IMG/VR virus record: IMGVR_UViG_2595698685_000001
Span: 32,001-96,000 of that record
DNA from: a virus
Taxonomy: Duplodnaviria; Caudoviricetes
Strand: one strand, 5' to 3'
Length of the DNA stretch: 64,000 nt
Part shown: in pieces, positions 43,312 through 53,495 of the stretch
Numbering within the stretch: the first letter of the stretch is position 1
Layout of the letters: the number at the start of each line of letters is the position of its first letter
Notes under the pieces: model-generated
Seen by the model: the letters and a program-made list of their open reading frames with translations, nothing else
Told to the model about the DNA's origin: nothing
Database searches by the model: none
Translations under genes and position numbers: made by a program

Positions 43312-44301
43312 ATGCGAATACTATTCTCAGCTGACCATCACATCAAATTAAAAGCAAAAAATGTACCTGTTGACTGGCAGATAAATAGATTTATTTTGCT
43401 AGGAGAGAGACTGTCCAGTATTTTTGTAGATAAGAAGTGTGACCTGCACATTATAGGTGGGGATCTACTAGACGTTGCAACACCTTCTTCTGCGGAAGTG
43501 GGGCTAATGCATCACTTCCTTAAACTGCTAGACCACACTGGATTAATTTACTCAGGTAATCATGAGGCTTTAAATAAGAAAGAGTCCTGCTTGTATAACT
43601 TAGCAGAAGTTATATATGAATCTACAGGGCATAATTGGAGTGTAGTTAGATCTCCATATCGTAGTAAAGAGTTTGATATTATAGACTTTATAGAGCTGCA
43701 TAAAAAGGAATGGGTTCCCGCACAAAGTGAACTCTGCTTTACACATGTAAGGGGTACTATAGAACCTCACGTGTCGCCCGAAATAGACTTAATGAGATTT
43801 GTAGAGCACGGGTATGCTAGAGTTATAGCAGGTGATCTACATAGCGTATCTAATACTCAGCTGATTATGGACGGGGTGGGTTTAATGTATCCGGGGTCTC
43901 CAATGACTACATCTTTCCACAGAGAAAGACCCACATATACTAACGGCTGCTATATTATAGATACTGATACAAAAGAAGTTGAATGGGTAGACTTAGGTGA
44001 CTTACCTCAACTTATACGAAAAACAGTTAAGAGTAAAGATGAGATGGTGAAAACTGAATATGACCATACCATCTATGAAATAGAGGGGGATATCCTAGAT
44101 CTTAAAGGTTTGAATGTAGATTCAGAGTTATTTGATAAGAAGATAAATAATAACATAACTTCTGAAGCTAAATTAAACCTAGAGGGGTTATCTATTACTG
44201 AAGAGGCCGCTCTTTACCTTGAAAAAATACAGAACCTAGACTCTGATAAGATATCTAGAGTAGTGGGGAGGATACAGAAGTATGTCAAAGATAGTAATTG
44301 A
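43312..44301 (+). CDS. D12: SbcD/Mre11-like nuclease (T5 D12)
   Basis: ADHH, GGDLLD, GNHE, GDLH, YPGSP. Confidence 0.9.
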   Translation: MRILFSADHHIKLKAKNVPVDWQINRFILLGERLSSIFVDKKCDLHIIGGDLLDVATPSSAEVGLMHHFLKLLDHTGLIYSGNHEALNKKESCLYNLAEVIYESTGHNWSVVRSPYRSKEFDIIDFIELHKKEWVPAQSELCFTHVRGTIEPHVSPEIDLMRFVEHGYARVIAGDLHSVSNTQLIMDGVGLMYPGSPMTTSFHRERPTYTNGCYIIDTDTKEVEWVDLGDLPQLIRKTVKSKDEMVKTEYDHTIYEIEGDILDLKGLNVDSELFDKKINNNITSEAKLNLEGLSITEEAALYLEKIQNLDSDKISRVVGRIQKYVKDSN

Positions 44302-46126
44302 ATCCCTAGTATTCAGCAATGTGATGTCTTATGGGGATAATGTTAAGATTTCTTTCAATAACCACGCAGTTACTCAATTAGTAGGTGCCAATGGTGTAGG
44401 TAAGTCTACTATAGCCACTATTCTGGAAGAAGTGTTATATAACAAGAATAGTAGAGGTATAAAGAAAGAAGATCTACATGCATGGAATTCTGCTAAGAAA
44501 GAGTATTCTATAGAACTAAAGTTTTCTAAAGGTCAAGACAAATACGTCCTAACTAAAATAGTTAAATCCACCGCTAAAGTAACTCTGCTACAAAACGGAG
44601 TTGATATTAGTGGACATACGGCTACCCAAACGTATAAGCTACTTGAGCAGGATATTCTATGCGCTGACTTCCAGACTATGACTAAACTGATATACCAATC
44701 AGTGGGTTCAAGTATGGACTTTCTAAAGACTACGGATGCAGCGAGAAAAACTTTTCTAGTGGGACTACTAGACCTACACGTCTACTCCGAAATTTCGGAT
44801 AAATTAAAAGAAGAAAAGAAAGCCATTTCAAATAGGCTTAACTTCTTATCTGGTCAGGAAGACGTACTACAGAATACACTACGTAGCTGTAAAGATATCC
44901 CTGAGTATCTAGATAGTATACCTGAGCAAGATAATTCTGAGTTTCTTTCAGAGCTACAAGAAGAACTAGCAAAGACTAACTTAGCTTTGAATAACAGAGG
45001 CAAAAACTTAGATCTACAAAGAAAGTATCAACACCTATTACGAAACGTTATAGATGCTGAGAAACCTTTAATGAATATACAGCCTACAGTTTTTAACTTA
45101 GAGCACTACTCTAGTGTTTATAAAGAGTACACCAAGATTCTGGCTCTGTCTGAGGATACAAAGGCTAAGTACAAGAGGTTTAAATCTGATGTGGAAAATT
45201 CAGTTTGCCCAACTTGTGGTACTAACTTAGACAAGAGTGCCTCTGAACAAGCTATGGCAGAATTAAAAACTCTATTTGTACAGCAGGCAGCAACAAGAGA
45301 TGCTCTTAAAGTAGAGTTAGATCAGTTAACACTAGATAAAGATGCTCATGAGGCATATAATACTGGTAAGAATAAACTTAACAGGGCTATAGAAGAGGTT
45401 AAGTCTTTTGAGTCATCTGTTGATTTAGAAGCTATAGGACAGCTAGAGGATGAAAGTTTTCTACAAAATAGAAAGACTAGCTTAGAAACACAAATATCCG
45501 TAGCTAAGAGAGATTCTGAAAAAGTACGAAAAGAGAACCAGCGTATAGCGGCTAGTAATGCTAAGCGAGAAGTTCTTCTGGAACAGAAAGTACAAACTGA
45601 GTCATCCTTAGAAAGTATAATGGATGAGTTAGTAGAGTTAGAAAGTGGTAGTGCAGAATTAGATGTAGCGATATTGACTATGAAAGACCTTATATCCTAT
45701 AAGATAGAGTATAGTATAAAGTCTTTTGAGGGGCTTATTAACCATTACTTAGGGATAATGACTAGTGGAGAGTTTGCGCTAGGATTTGAATTGGAAGATA
45801 CTAAACTGAAAGTAGTTATCTTCAAGGACGGTAATAAAACCAACATGGAAAACTGTTCAACTGGGCAGCAATCTAGGATAAGCATTGCTACCCTACTTGC
45901 TATACGTGTAATGCTCAGTAAGCTTAGTAAAGTGGAAGTTAACCTCCTATTCTTAGATGAGGTAGTAAGTTTCATAGACCCTAAAGGATTGGAGACCTTA
46001 GTAGAGCTTCTCATAGAAGAGCATGAACTTAACTCAGTGATAGTATCTCATGGCAGAACGCACCCATTAGCTCACAAAGTATCCGTTGAGCAAGACCAGT
46101 TTGGTAAATCGTATATAGAACAATGA
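44282..46126 (+). CDS. D13: SbcC/Rad50-like ATPase (T5 D13)
   Basis: GANGVGKS, CPTCG zinc hook, STGQ signature, LFLDE, VSH. Confidence 0.92.
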   Translation: MSKIVIESLVFSNVMSYGDNVKISFNNHAVTQLVGANGVGKSTIATILEEVLYNKNSRGIKKEDLHAWNSAKKEYSIELKFSKGQDKYVLTKIVKSTAKVTLLQNGVDISGHTATQTYKLLEQDILCADFQTMTKLIYQSVGSSMDFLKTTDAARKTFLVGLLDLHVYSEISDKLKEEKKAISNRLNFLSGQEDVLQNTLRSCKDIPEYLDSIPEQDNSEFLSELQEELAKTNLALNNRGKNLDLQRKYQHLLRNVIDAEKPLMNIQPTVFNLEHYSSVYKEYTKILALSEDTKAKYKRFKSDVENSVCPTCGTNLDKSASEQAMAELKTLFVQQAATRDALKVELDQLTLDKDAHEAYNTGKNKLNRAIEEVKSFESSVDLEAIGQLEDESFLQNRKTSLETQISVAKRDSEKVRKENQRIAASNAKREVLLEQKVQTESSLESIMDELVELESGSAELDVAILTMKDLISYKIEYSIKSFEGLINHYLGIMTSGEFALGFELEDTKLKVVIFKDGNKTNMENCSTGQQSRISIATLLAIRVMLSKLSKVEVNLLFLDEVVSFIDPKGLETLVELLIEEHELNSVIVSHGRTHPLAHKVSVEQDQFGKSYIEQ

Positions 46127-46608
46127 CAGATAGCAGAGAAAAAGGGAAAAGAGGGGAGTATCAAGTAAGAGATAAACTCCGTCAAGTAACAGGGCTTTCA
46201 GAGTGGGAACGAGTTCCTGGCTCTGGAGCCTTTGGACAAAACCACGGATTGAAAGGAGATGTGTACCTTCCTGCAACCTGTGAGTATAGAAGTAAGTACT
46301 GCATAGAGGTTAAATGGTATGCCGGAGATAACATTTCTAGCAATCTACTTAACGCTACAGAATCTATACTAGAGAAGTGGTGGTCTCAAACAGTCCGAGA
46401 AGCTGAACAGATGCACATGAGACCTCTTCTAGTCTTTAAAAAAGACAGAGGGGACTGGTTAATAGCCTTAAGTACTGATGATCCTTTAGTGGATATACTA
46501 TTCGTGAGTCCGCATATCATATTAGGTAAGGGCGGATTTGAAATCGTAATTGGAAACTTTGATAAGTGGGTAGGTTTCAACCGTTCCCTCATGCTGGAGA
46601 AGAAATAA
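46123..46608 (+). CDS. D14: PD-(D/E)xK Holliday junction resolvase-like protein (T5 D14)
   Basis: KGKRGE, RVPGSGA, GDV, IEVK. Confidence 0.85.
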   Translation: MTDSREKGKRGEYQVRDKLRQVTGLSEWERVPGSGAFGQNHGLKGDVYLPATCEYRSKYCIEVKWYAGDNISSNLLNATESILEKWWSQTVREAEQMHMRPLLVFKKDRGDWLIALSTDDPLVDILFVSPHIILGKGGFEIVIGNFDKWVGFNRSLMLEKK

Positions 46609-46610
46609 TA

Positions 46611-47495
46611 GTGAAATCTTGGAAAACTATGGCCGAAGAGGCCGAAGCAGAAGTAAAAGCCCGCCGTAATCTAGTAATTATTGATGGAACTAACTTAGCA
46701 TTTCGTTTTAACGGAAACAAGGGAGAGTCCTTTTCCACAAGCTATACTAAGACTATCAATTCTTTTGCTAAGTCGTATAGTGCTAGGCATACTATTGTAC
46801 TAGGAGATAAGGGCAAATCAATATTCAGAACAGAGATAGATCCTGAGTACAAGGCGAACAGGGATGCTAAGTATGATAGCCAATCTGAGCAGGAGAAAGA
46901 AGAAAGTAGAGCATTCTTCGAATGTGTAGCAGAAGCATTTGAGCTATGTGCTGCAATCCTACCCACTATACGAATTAGAGGTATAGAAGCAGATGACATA
47001 GCAGCGTATATTAAGGCTAGGATTGGTCATTTATACGACCATATCTGGCTTATATCTACAGATGGAGACTGGGATATTCTACTGGATGAGAAAACATCTA
47101 GATTCTCCTTCCAGACTCGAAAAGAGTATAGAATAGAAACTATGTATGATCACCATGGGGTTGATACTGTAGACCAGTTTATCTCATTGAAAGCAATTAT
47201 GGGGGATACAGGAGATAACATTATTGGTGTAGAGGGCATAGGAATCAAAAGAGGATATAATATTATTAAAGAGTACGGGAGTGCCCTAGATATTATAGAC
47301 CAGATTCCACTTCCAGGTAAACAAAAGTTTATTCAAAACTTAAATGCATCAGGAGACTTAATTATGAGGAATTTAAGTCTAGTAGATTTAAATAGCTTCT
47401 GTGTGGACGCTATTATGGCAGTGGGGCAAGACGCAATGGATTCTATTAACAAAGTACTGGATACCCTAGCAGAGGAGATTACTAATGGAAATTAA
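46611..47495 (+). CDS. D15: 5' flap endonuclease (T5 D15)
   Basis: IDGTNLAFR, YKANR, EADD, STDGD, GDTGDNIIGVEGIG. Confidence 0.95.
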   Translation: MKSWKTMAEEAEAEVKARRNLVIIDGTNLAFRFNGNKGESFSTSYTKTINSFAKSYSARHTIVLGDKGKSIFRTEIDPEYKANRDAKYDSQSEQEKEESRAFFECVAEAFELCAAILPTIRIRGIEADDIAAYIKARIGHLYDHIWLISTDGDWDILLDEKTSRFSFQTRKEYRIETMYDHHGVDTVDQFISLKAIMGDTGDNIIGVEGIGIKRGYNIIKEYGSALDIIDQIPLPGKQKFIQNLNASGDLIMRNLSLVDLNSFCVDAIMAVGQDAMDSINKVLDTLAEEITNGN

Positions 47496-47928
47496 GTTAG
47501 CATATTTAGAATGCATGCCTCATGTAGGAAGTGAAGAAGCAGCAGGAATGGATTTACGATTATATCTAGGAAATAAATCAACTGATATAATGACGGTGAT
47601 CCCCCCAGGAGAAACAAAACGGTATAGAACAGGGGTTAGTGTAGCGATTCCTAAGGGATGGGTAGGACTAATAGCCCCTAGAAGCTCTACTGGCAGACTA
47701 AAGTGTAGACTTGCTAACACGTTAGGAGTTATAGATTCTGATTATCGTGGAGAATTAGCTATGGAAATAACTAATGATGGTACAGAAGATGTAATTCTTG
47801 AAAACTTCCAAAGAATTGTGCAAATGGTGATAGTACCACACTACAACCCACACTCTTTCACTGTAGTTGATGAGCTTTCAGAGACTAATCGTGGGGAGAA
47901 AGGATGGGGATCTTCAGGAAAAGTATAA
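47485..47928 (+). CDS. dut: dUTPase
   Basis: AGMDL, PRSS, GVIDSDYRGE, RGEKGWGSSG. Confidence 0.96.
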   Translation: MEIKLAYLECMPHVGSEEAAGMDLRLYLGNKSTDIMTVIPPGETKRYRTGVSVAIPKGWVGLIAPRSSTGRLKCRLANTLGVIDSDYRGELAMEITNDGTEDVILENFQRIVQMVIVPHYNPHSFTVVDELSETNRGEKGWGSSGKV

Positions 47929-47941
47929 TAGATAATAAAAG

Positions 47942-47971
47942 AAAAGCCAACCCTCGCAGGTTGGCTTTTTT
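47942..47971. terminator. bidirectional terminator between converging replication and tail modules
   Basis: AAAAGCCAACC/GGTTGGCTTTT flanked by A and T tracts. Confidence 0.85.
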
Positions 47972-47981
47972 GCTTATAAAT

Positions 47982-50900
47982 TTACGCAGTTCTTGTAGGA
48001 ATACCCCATATTAAAACACGATAGTTGTCACTACCATACGGAGTAATAGTCATAGTAAATTGCATGCAGTTATTTTGGGTTATACCTTCCTTAATATGCA
48101 TAGTACAAACGTGAGAGTCCACATTAGCACCTTCTATATTAAATACTTCAAAGGATGGGGTATCTACCGTAATCATTGCTCCAGCTATACTTCTACCAAT
48201 AGTGGATATAGATCCTTCTGATGACGGAGTACTCTGTCTAGTATATATAATATCCATACTAGCTGGAGCACTAGGAGCAGGGGAAGAACCTACTCTCTGT
48301 AGAGAACACGTCACAGTATCCGTAGATTTTGTAACAACCCATTTTAAACTGAGAGTTAAACCTCCCCCTACCATAGAAAACGGTAGTTCTACCGTATCAC
48401 TAGACTCTTCTAAGAAATCTAGCACAGAAATAGGTTCGAACCCACCACCGCTTATATTAGCATCTACGTATGCTTTAGTAGCTGCATCATTAGGATTAAT
48501 AGGATCTGTAACATTTATTAGGCGTCTAGTAGGCACCTTAGTAGTACCTACACCCCCACCAAATGAAACAACAGGAGCGTCATCATAGTTGTCTCCAGAA
48601 GCATAAGTACCTGCTGTGGAGTAACTACCTATAGCTACAGAATAATTACCATACGCATTTGCACAAAATCCTAGTGCTATAGCCTGTGCATTGTAGTCAA
48701 CCTTTTTGGTTCTAGCGTGGGAATTAGTCCCTATAGCAATACTATTATGGTAAGCTACAGTCTCTCCGTAATCAAATGGGTAATCTGCAGTAGCATAGTC
48801 GCTACCAGAGGCACCTATAGCGATACCATAAGAAATATAGTCTTGTAGTCCACCACTAGGGTCTGTACCATCCTCATTATTCTTATATGTCACGTTAGCC
48901 TGATTACCAATAGATATAGACTGACCATACCCGTGTTGGTTAGCACCTATAACAATACCTTTAGGTCCGTAAGCTCTAACATTATTACCTATAGCTGTAC
49001 CACCGTAGCTGTTACTTCCAGAACCTATAATAATACCGTCAGGAGCATTGTTAGTAAAAGAGTTATTACCTATAATGATGCTGTTAGGTACGTAGGCCCC
49101 AGAATATGCACCTACTACAGTTGTATTAGCTTCATCAGCGTATGTTCCAGCTCCTATAGAAACTCCTGTATCTACTGCATTAGCACCATCCCCCATAGCA
49201 ACACCATTACCTGTTGAAACTGAGGAAGTACCGAATGCTAGGCTAGTACCACCTGACTTAGCATTGTTACCTATGGCAACTCCTGTATCTGTAGATTCCG
49301 CAGTATCTCCTAGGGACACGCCTCCAACAGACTTAGCGTTATTACCTATTGATGTACCTGCTCCCGCGCTGCTTGTGTTACCAATAGTAACCCCCGTACT
49401 TGTAACAGATCCTCTACCTATTGTAATACCTGTTCCTGTAACAGAAGCTTGGTAACCAATAGCAGTACCTTGTAGGGATATTGACTTGTAACCAAATGCT
49501 ACACCAGTATTACCCGTAACTTTAGCACCGTATCCGGAAGCTACCCCACTATCTGTAGCTGCTGTAGGAGCTTCGAATGTAGATACATCTAGAATCTGAC
49601 TAATAGGGTATCTTGTCCCAGCAATAATAGCACTGTTAGCTGCACTAGCTGCCGCTTCTTCCGCAGCCTCTTGCGCCGCCTGAGCTGCCACTTTACTAGA
49701 GTCTGATGCTTGAGCTCCTAGAGTAGCAGTATTGGCACTAGCTAACGCTTCTGCAGCTTTGGTGGTTGCAGTATCTGCAGAAGTCTGAGCACTAGTAGCA
49801 CTGTCACTAGAGTTGTTGGAGTACTCTAGAGAGTCTGCTGCTGCTTCTGTAGCCACATTTGATGCTGCCGCTGCCGCTGTTGCGGAGTTAGTAGCTGCTG
49901 TAGCACTAGTAGAAGCTGAAGTTGCAGAGGCTTGAGCAGCGTTAGCAGAAGCTAAGGCATTTGATGCACTAGAGCTAGCCTCTGTAGCTTTAGTAGTAGC
50001 AGTAGTTGCTCCAGTTGTAGCTGTCACAGCGCTAGCACTTGCCTCTGTAGCTTTAGTGGTTGCTGTAGTTGCAGACGTTTGTGCTGATGTTGCACTATTA
50101 GCTGCTTGTTGACTACTTGCAGTAGCAGATGTTGCAGCTTCTGTTGCTTCTGTTGCTTTTGCTGTTGCGTTAGTAGAAGCATTAACCGCCGCTGTACTTG
50201 CACTGGAAGCTGTTGTTGATGCAGCCACGGCTGCTTCTTCACTATCCTTAGCGTTATCTTCGGACTCTTTAGCTGCTGTTGCAGAATTAGTGGCCTCAGA
50301 TGCTCCTGTAGTAGCAGTTGTAGCAGCATCAGACGCGGTAGTAGCAGACTCTGTAGCACTTGTTGCACTAGCTAAAGCCTCAGCAGCTTTAGTAGTTGCT
50401 GTAGTTGCAGCAGTAGTTGCAGCAGTAGCTGAAGTCTGTGCACTAGTGGCACTTTCAGCAGCAGTAGTAGCATCTTCATCAGCACTGGCAGCTGATACTG
50501 CAGCTGAAGTTTCACTAGTTTTGGCTGCTAATTCACTAGCTTTAGCATTTAACTCTGATGTATGCGCTGCTAACTCACTAGCCTTAGAGTTTACTTCCGA
50601 AGCTGCTGCTTGTGTTGCGTATTCTTCTACATCTTCCGCTGCTGTAGCGACGCTTGCTGCCGCTGTTTGTGCAGAAGTTGCTGCCTCTGTAGCTGCATTT
50701 TGAGAAGCTAGGGCAGCTGTTGCAGAGTTAGCCGCTGCTGTAGCTCTACCAGTGGCTGTAGTAGCTGCCGTAGTAGCTTCTGTAGCTTTAGTAGTAGCCG
50801 TAGCTGCACCTGTTGACGCAGTAGTAGCACTTGCTGAAGCCTCATTAGCTTTAGTAGTAGCTGTAGTTGCACCGGTTGTAGCTGTAGTAGCTGCAGACTG

Positions 50901-51698
50901 AGCACTAGTAGCACTTGCTGAAGCAGAGGTAGAAGCTGTAGTTGCAGTAGTTGCAGCAGTACTAGCTGTTGTTGCAGATGTACTTGCTTCTGCAGCTTTA
51001 GTGGTTGCAGTAGTTGCACCTGTTGAGGCTGTAGTAGCACTGGCTAAGGCTTCTCCTGCTTTAGTAGTTGCAGTAGTTGCAGCTGTAGTTGCAGTAGTTG
51101 CAGCTGTAGTTGCTTCGCTGGCTTTAGTAGTCGCAGTGTTAGCACCTGTAGTTGCTGTAGTTGCGGAAGTCTGAGCACTTGTAGCACTATTCTGCGCTAT
51201 TGTTCTACTATTTGATGCAGATATAGCAGAGGAGCTAGCTTCAGCAGCTTTAGTAGTTGCTGTAGTTGCACTAGCTAATGCTGATGCAGCAGCGTTCTGG
51301 GCTACAGTTACTGATTCCCCTACCTGTTCAATGATATCTTCAGCAGCATCGTTAACTGCTGCTATAGCATCATCTTTGATCGCAACAACTTCGTCTCTAG
51401 CATCTGATGCTGAAGAAGCCGCCGAAGCTGCATCAACAGCATTAACCGCCGCTGTACTTGCACTGGAAGCTGCTTGTGTAGCGCTAGTAGAGGCACTGTT
51501 AGCAAATCCTTGGGCAGTATTAGCTGAGCTATCAGCTTGTTCTGCCGCTGTTTGGGCTTGCTCTACGTATCCTGCCATTTCAGCAGCGGTTAAACCTCCA
51601 ATACTAGTAGCTAGCTGAATAGTATATTTAGGATACTTAGATACTGTTAGGGAATCTTCGTAAGGTAAAACTTGTTGAACAATTATCTTAGTTGCCAT
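47982..51698 (-). CDS. ltf: L-shaped (side) tail fibre with Ala/Ser/Thr-rich stalk and YadA-like head repeats
   Basis: follows p132; ~650-aa A/S/T stalk; repeated xxAIG/xxIG motifs; RRLINVTDP...DAATKAYVD. Confidence 0.85.
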   Translation of the reverse strand: MATKIIVQQVLPYEDSLTVSKYPKYTIQLATSIGGLTAAEMAGYVEQAQTAAEQADSSANTAQGFANSASTSATQAASSASTAAVNAVDAASAASSASDARDEVVAIKDDAIAAVNDAAEDIIEQVGESVTVAQNAAASALASATTATTKAAEASSSAISASNSRTIAQNSATSAQTSATTATTGANTATTKASEATTAATTATTAATTATTKAGEALASATTASTGATTATTKAAEASTSATTASTAATTATTASTSASASATSAQSAATTATTGATTATTKANEASASATTASTGAATATTKATEATTAATTATGRATAAANSATAALASQNAATEAATSAQTAAASVATAAEDVEEYATQAAASEVNSKASELAAHTSELNAKASELAAKTSETSAAVSAASADEDATTAAESATSAQTSATAATTAATTATTKAAEALASATSATESATTASDAATTATTGASEATNSATAAKESEDNAKDSEEAAVAASTTASSASTAAVNASTNATAKATEATEAATSATASSQQAANSATSAQTSATTATTKATEASASAVTATTGATTATTKATEASSSASNALASANAAQASATSASTSATAATNSATAAAAASNVATEAAADSLEYSNNSSDSATSAQTSADTATTKAAEALASANTATLGAQASDSSKVAAQAAQEAAEEAAASAANSAIIAGTRYPISQILDVSTFEAPTAATDSGVASGYGAKVTGNTGVAFGYKSISLQGTAIGYQASVTGTGITIGRGSVTSTGVTIGNTSSAGAGTSIGNNAKSVGGVSLGDTAESTDTGVAIGNNAKSGGTSLAFGTSSVSTGNGVAMGDGANAVDTGVSIGAGTYADEANTTVVGAYSGAYVPNSIIIGNNSFTNNAPDGIIIGSGSNSYGGTAIGNNVRAYGPKGIVIGANQHGYGQSISIGNQANVTYKNNEDGTDPSGGLQDYISYGIAIGASGSDYATADYPFDYGETVAYHNSIAIGTNSHARTKKVDYNAQAIALGFCANAYGNYSVAIGSYSTAGTYASGDNYDDAPVVSFGGGVGTTKVPTRRLINVTDPINPNDAATKAYVDANISGGGFEPISVLDFLEESSDTVELPFSMVGGGLTLSLKWVVTKSTDTVTCSLQRVGSSPAPSAPASMDIIYTRQSTPSSEGSISTIGRSIAGAMITVDTPSFEVFNIEGANVDSHVCTMHIKEGITQNNCMQFTMTITPYGSDNYRVLIWGIPTRTA
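49630..51590 (-). repeat. degenerate 7/14-aa coding repeats in the fibre stalk
   Basis: recurrent ATTATTKAxEA, SATSAQTS and SELAAK units. Confidence 0.75.
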
Positions 51699-52077
51699 CT
51701 GTTACTCCTAGGCTTATAATAACTCTGCCCTGCATGATTCGGAAAGATTTGGTACCATTAACTAGCAGAAGGTCGTAATAGCCGACCATTCTCTGACGTA
51801 TATCGTATGCACTCAAGGGCTTGTCACTCATATTATCAACTAGAATTTGCACAGAAGCCTTAGATAGAAGTATAGATGCTAGTCCTCCAGTGGCAGAAGT
51901 TATTTCCGTATCAAAATCTGTAAGTGTTGAGGCATCTTCTAGTTCTTTTTTAATACTGCCTCTTAAAGTAAACCCTGTTAAATCTGAAACCGTACCGTCA
52001 TCTTCTTGAAACTGAAGTACAAGACCAAAAGGCACGTTTTGGTCTACTATTAAGTCTAACGTTTTATTCTCTGTCAT
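51688..52077 (-). CDS. T5 p132-like collar protein, intact copy
   Basis: LDLIVDQ...DLTGFTLRGSIK...GYYDLLL...RIMQGRVIISLGVT; precedes the L-fibre gene. Confidence 0.8.
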   Translation of the reverse strand: MTENKTLDLIVDQNVPFGLVLQFQEDDGTVSDLTGFTLRGSIKKELEDASTLTDFDTEITSATGGLASILLSKASVQILVDNMSDKPLSAYDIRQRMVGYYDLLLVNGTKSFRIMQGRVIISLGVTDGN

Positions 52078-52087
52078 TTAGTTTTCC

Positions 52088-52381
52088 TTAAAAGTTAAAG
52101 TAATTATCTGCGTCTATGAAAATACTCTGAGCGAAGTCTAGGGTCATAAAAGGCGACGCGTACCCCCAGTTAACTCCGTTAGCTGTTAATTGGTTGCCCT
52201 TACTGGCTCTCCAATATTCAACAGGGCCATTCTTAGCACAACGTTCTGGTAAAAAACATAGGTCTATTAATACCAGGTATACTAAAAGTAAATGTATCCG
52301 AAGGGTTTGTTATAATCTTACCTGTACCTACCTGCATGTCTGAAGAGTTAAATACTACATCACCATTCTTAGCCCATATAT
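52088..52381 (-). pseudogene. duplicated, frameshifted 3' fragment of the 314-aa tail gene
   Basis: copy of 52551-52843 with one extra base and no start codon. Confidence 0.75.
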
Positions 52382-52540
52382 TGTAAGTGTTGAGGCATCT
52401 TCTAGTTCTTTTTTAATACTGCCTCTTAAAGTAAACCCTGTTAAATCTGAAACCGTACCGTCATCTTCTTGAAACTGAAGTACAAGACCAAAAGGCACGT
52501 TTTGGTCTACTATTAAGTCTAACGTTTTATTCTCTGTCAT
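52355..52540 (-). pseudogene. truncated p132-like copy created by the duplication
   Basis: first 53 aa identical to 51688-52077, then an out-of-frame tail. Confidence 0.8.
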
Positions 52541-52550
52541 TTAGTTTTCC

Positions 52551-53495
52551 TTAAAAGTTAAAGTAATTATCTGCGTCTATGAAAATACTCTGAGCGAAGT
52601 CTAGGGTCATAAAAGGCGACGCGTACCCCCAGTTAACTCCGTTAGCTGTTAATTGGTTGCCCTTACTGGCTCTCCAATATTCAACAGGGCCATTCTTAGC
52701 ACAACGTTCTGGTAAAAACATAGGTCTATTAATACCAGGTATACTAAAAGTAAATGTATCCGAAGGGTTTGTTATAATCTTACCTGTACCTACCTGCATG
52801 TCTGAAGAGTTAAATACTACATCACCATTCTTAGCCCATATATTAATACCAGAACTAGTAGCTCTTAATGTAGTTCTTGATAGTATTACTACCTTTGCAG
52901 GCCAGCTCCTACCATGGTTATAGTAACCATTCCAATCCATAAATCGTAAACTACCATTATCTGTTCCTATCATTGCGTAGTCACCTTCATAGTAGTAAAA
53001 ACACAAGTGCGTACTATCATTAAAACTTGGTAATACATTCCTAGGGTGCCATCCAGTGTACACTGTTACATCTCCATAGTATACACAAGTAGTTACCTTG
53101 GTTCCATCAGATAATTCTGTGTAGCGATTACCTCCTAATATACTTATACCATAAGACGATGTTTTTACATCTAACTTAGGTACCAATAGGATATACCAGT
53201 AAGTACCCCTAAGAATATAAGTATTCCTAATATAGTCTGGTATAATATGTAGTACCACTTGTCCTGCGTTATTTATGTAGTGAGTTATATAAGAAGAAGG
53301 AGTATCCGGTGTATGAGATAAGGAAGTAGGAACTATAACAACAATATCGTACCCCGGTGGGGGTACGTATCCTGTATTATAATGCTGACCTATACTGTTC
53401 GTTTGCCCAGCAGCTGCTAAGTATACAAACATTGTATCTTCCGTAAAAGTATAAGGTTTACCCGTACTAGGAGTTATTTGAACACCGTATGCCAT
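52551..53495 (-). CDS. putative tail-tip accessory or receptor-binding protein
   Basis: three YG/SG-x-x-I modules, aromatic beta-rich; TAATG-coupled to the central fibre gene. Confidence 0.65.
   Translation of the reverse strand: MAYGVQITPSTGKPYTFTEDTMFVYLAAAGQTNSIGQHYNTGYVPPPGYDIVVIVPTSLSHTPDTPSSYITHYINNAGQVVLHIIPDYIRNTYILRGTYWYILLVPKLDVKTSSYGISILGGNRYTELSDGTKVTTCVYYGDVTVYTGWHPRNVLPSFNDSTHLCFYYYEGDYAMIGTDNGSLRFMDWNGYYNHGRSWPAKVVILSRTTLRATSSGINIWAKNGDVVFNSSDMQVGTGKIITNPSDTFTFSIPGINRPMFLPERCAKNGPVEYWRASKGNQLTANGVNWGYASPFMTLDFAQSIFIDADNYFNF

Larger units (their letters stand above)
51919..52843. repeat. direct tandem duplication, 463 bp + 462 bp
   Basis: 51919-52381 matches 52382-52843 except A6 versus A5 in GGTAAAAA(A)CATA. 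Confidence 0.95.

Noticed and set aside
48202-51618. Alternative-frame and antisense ORFs inside the tail fibre gene
   Set aside because: By-products of stop-poor GCN/ACN low-complexity repeats
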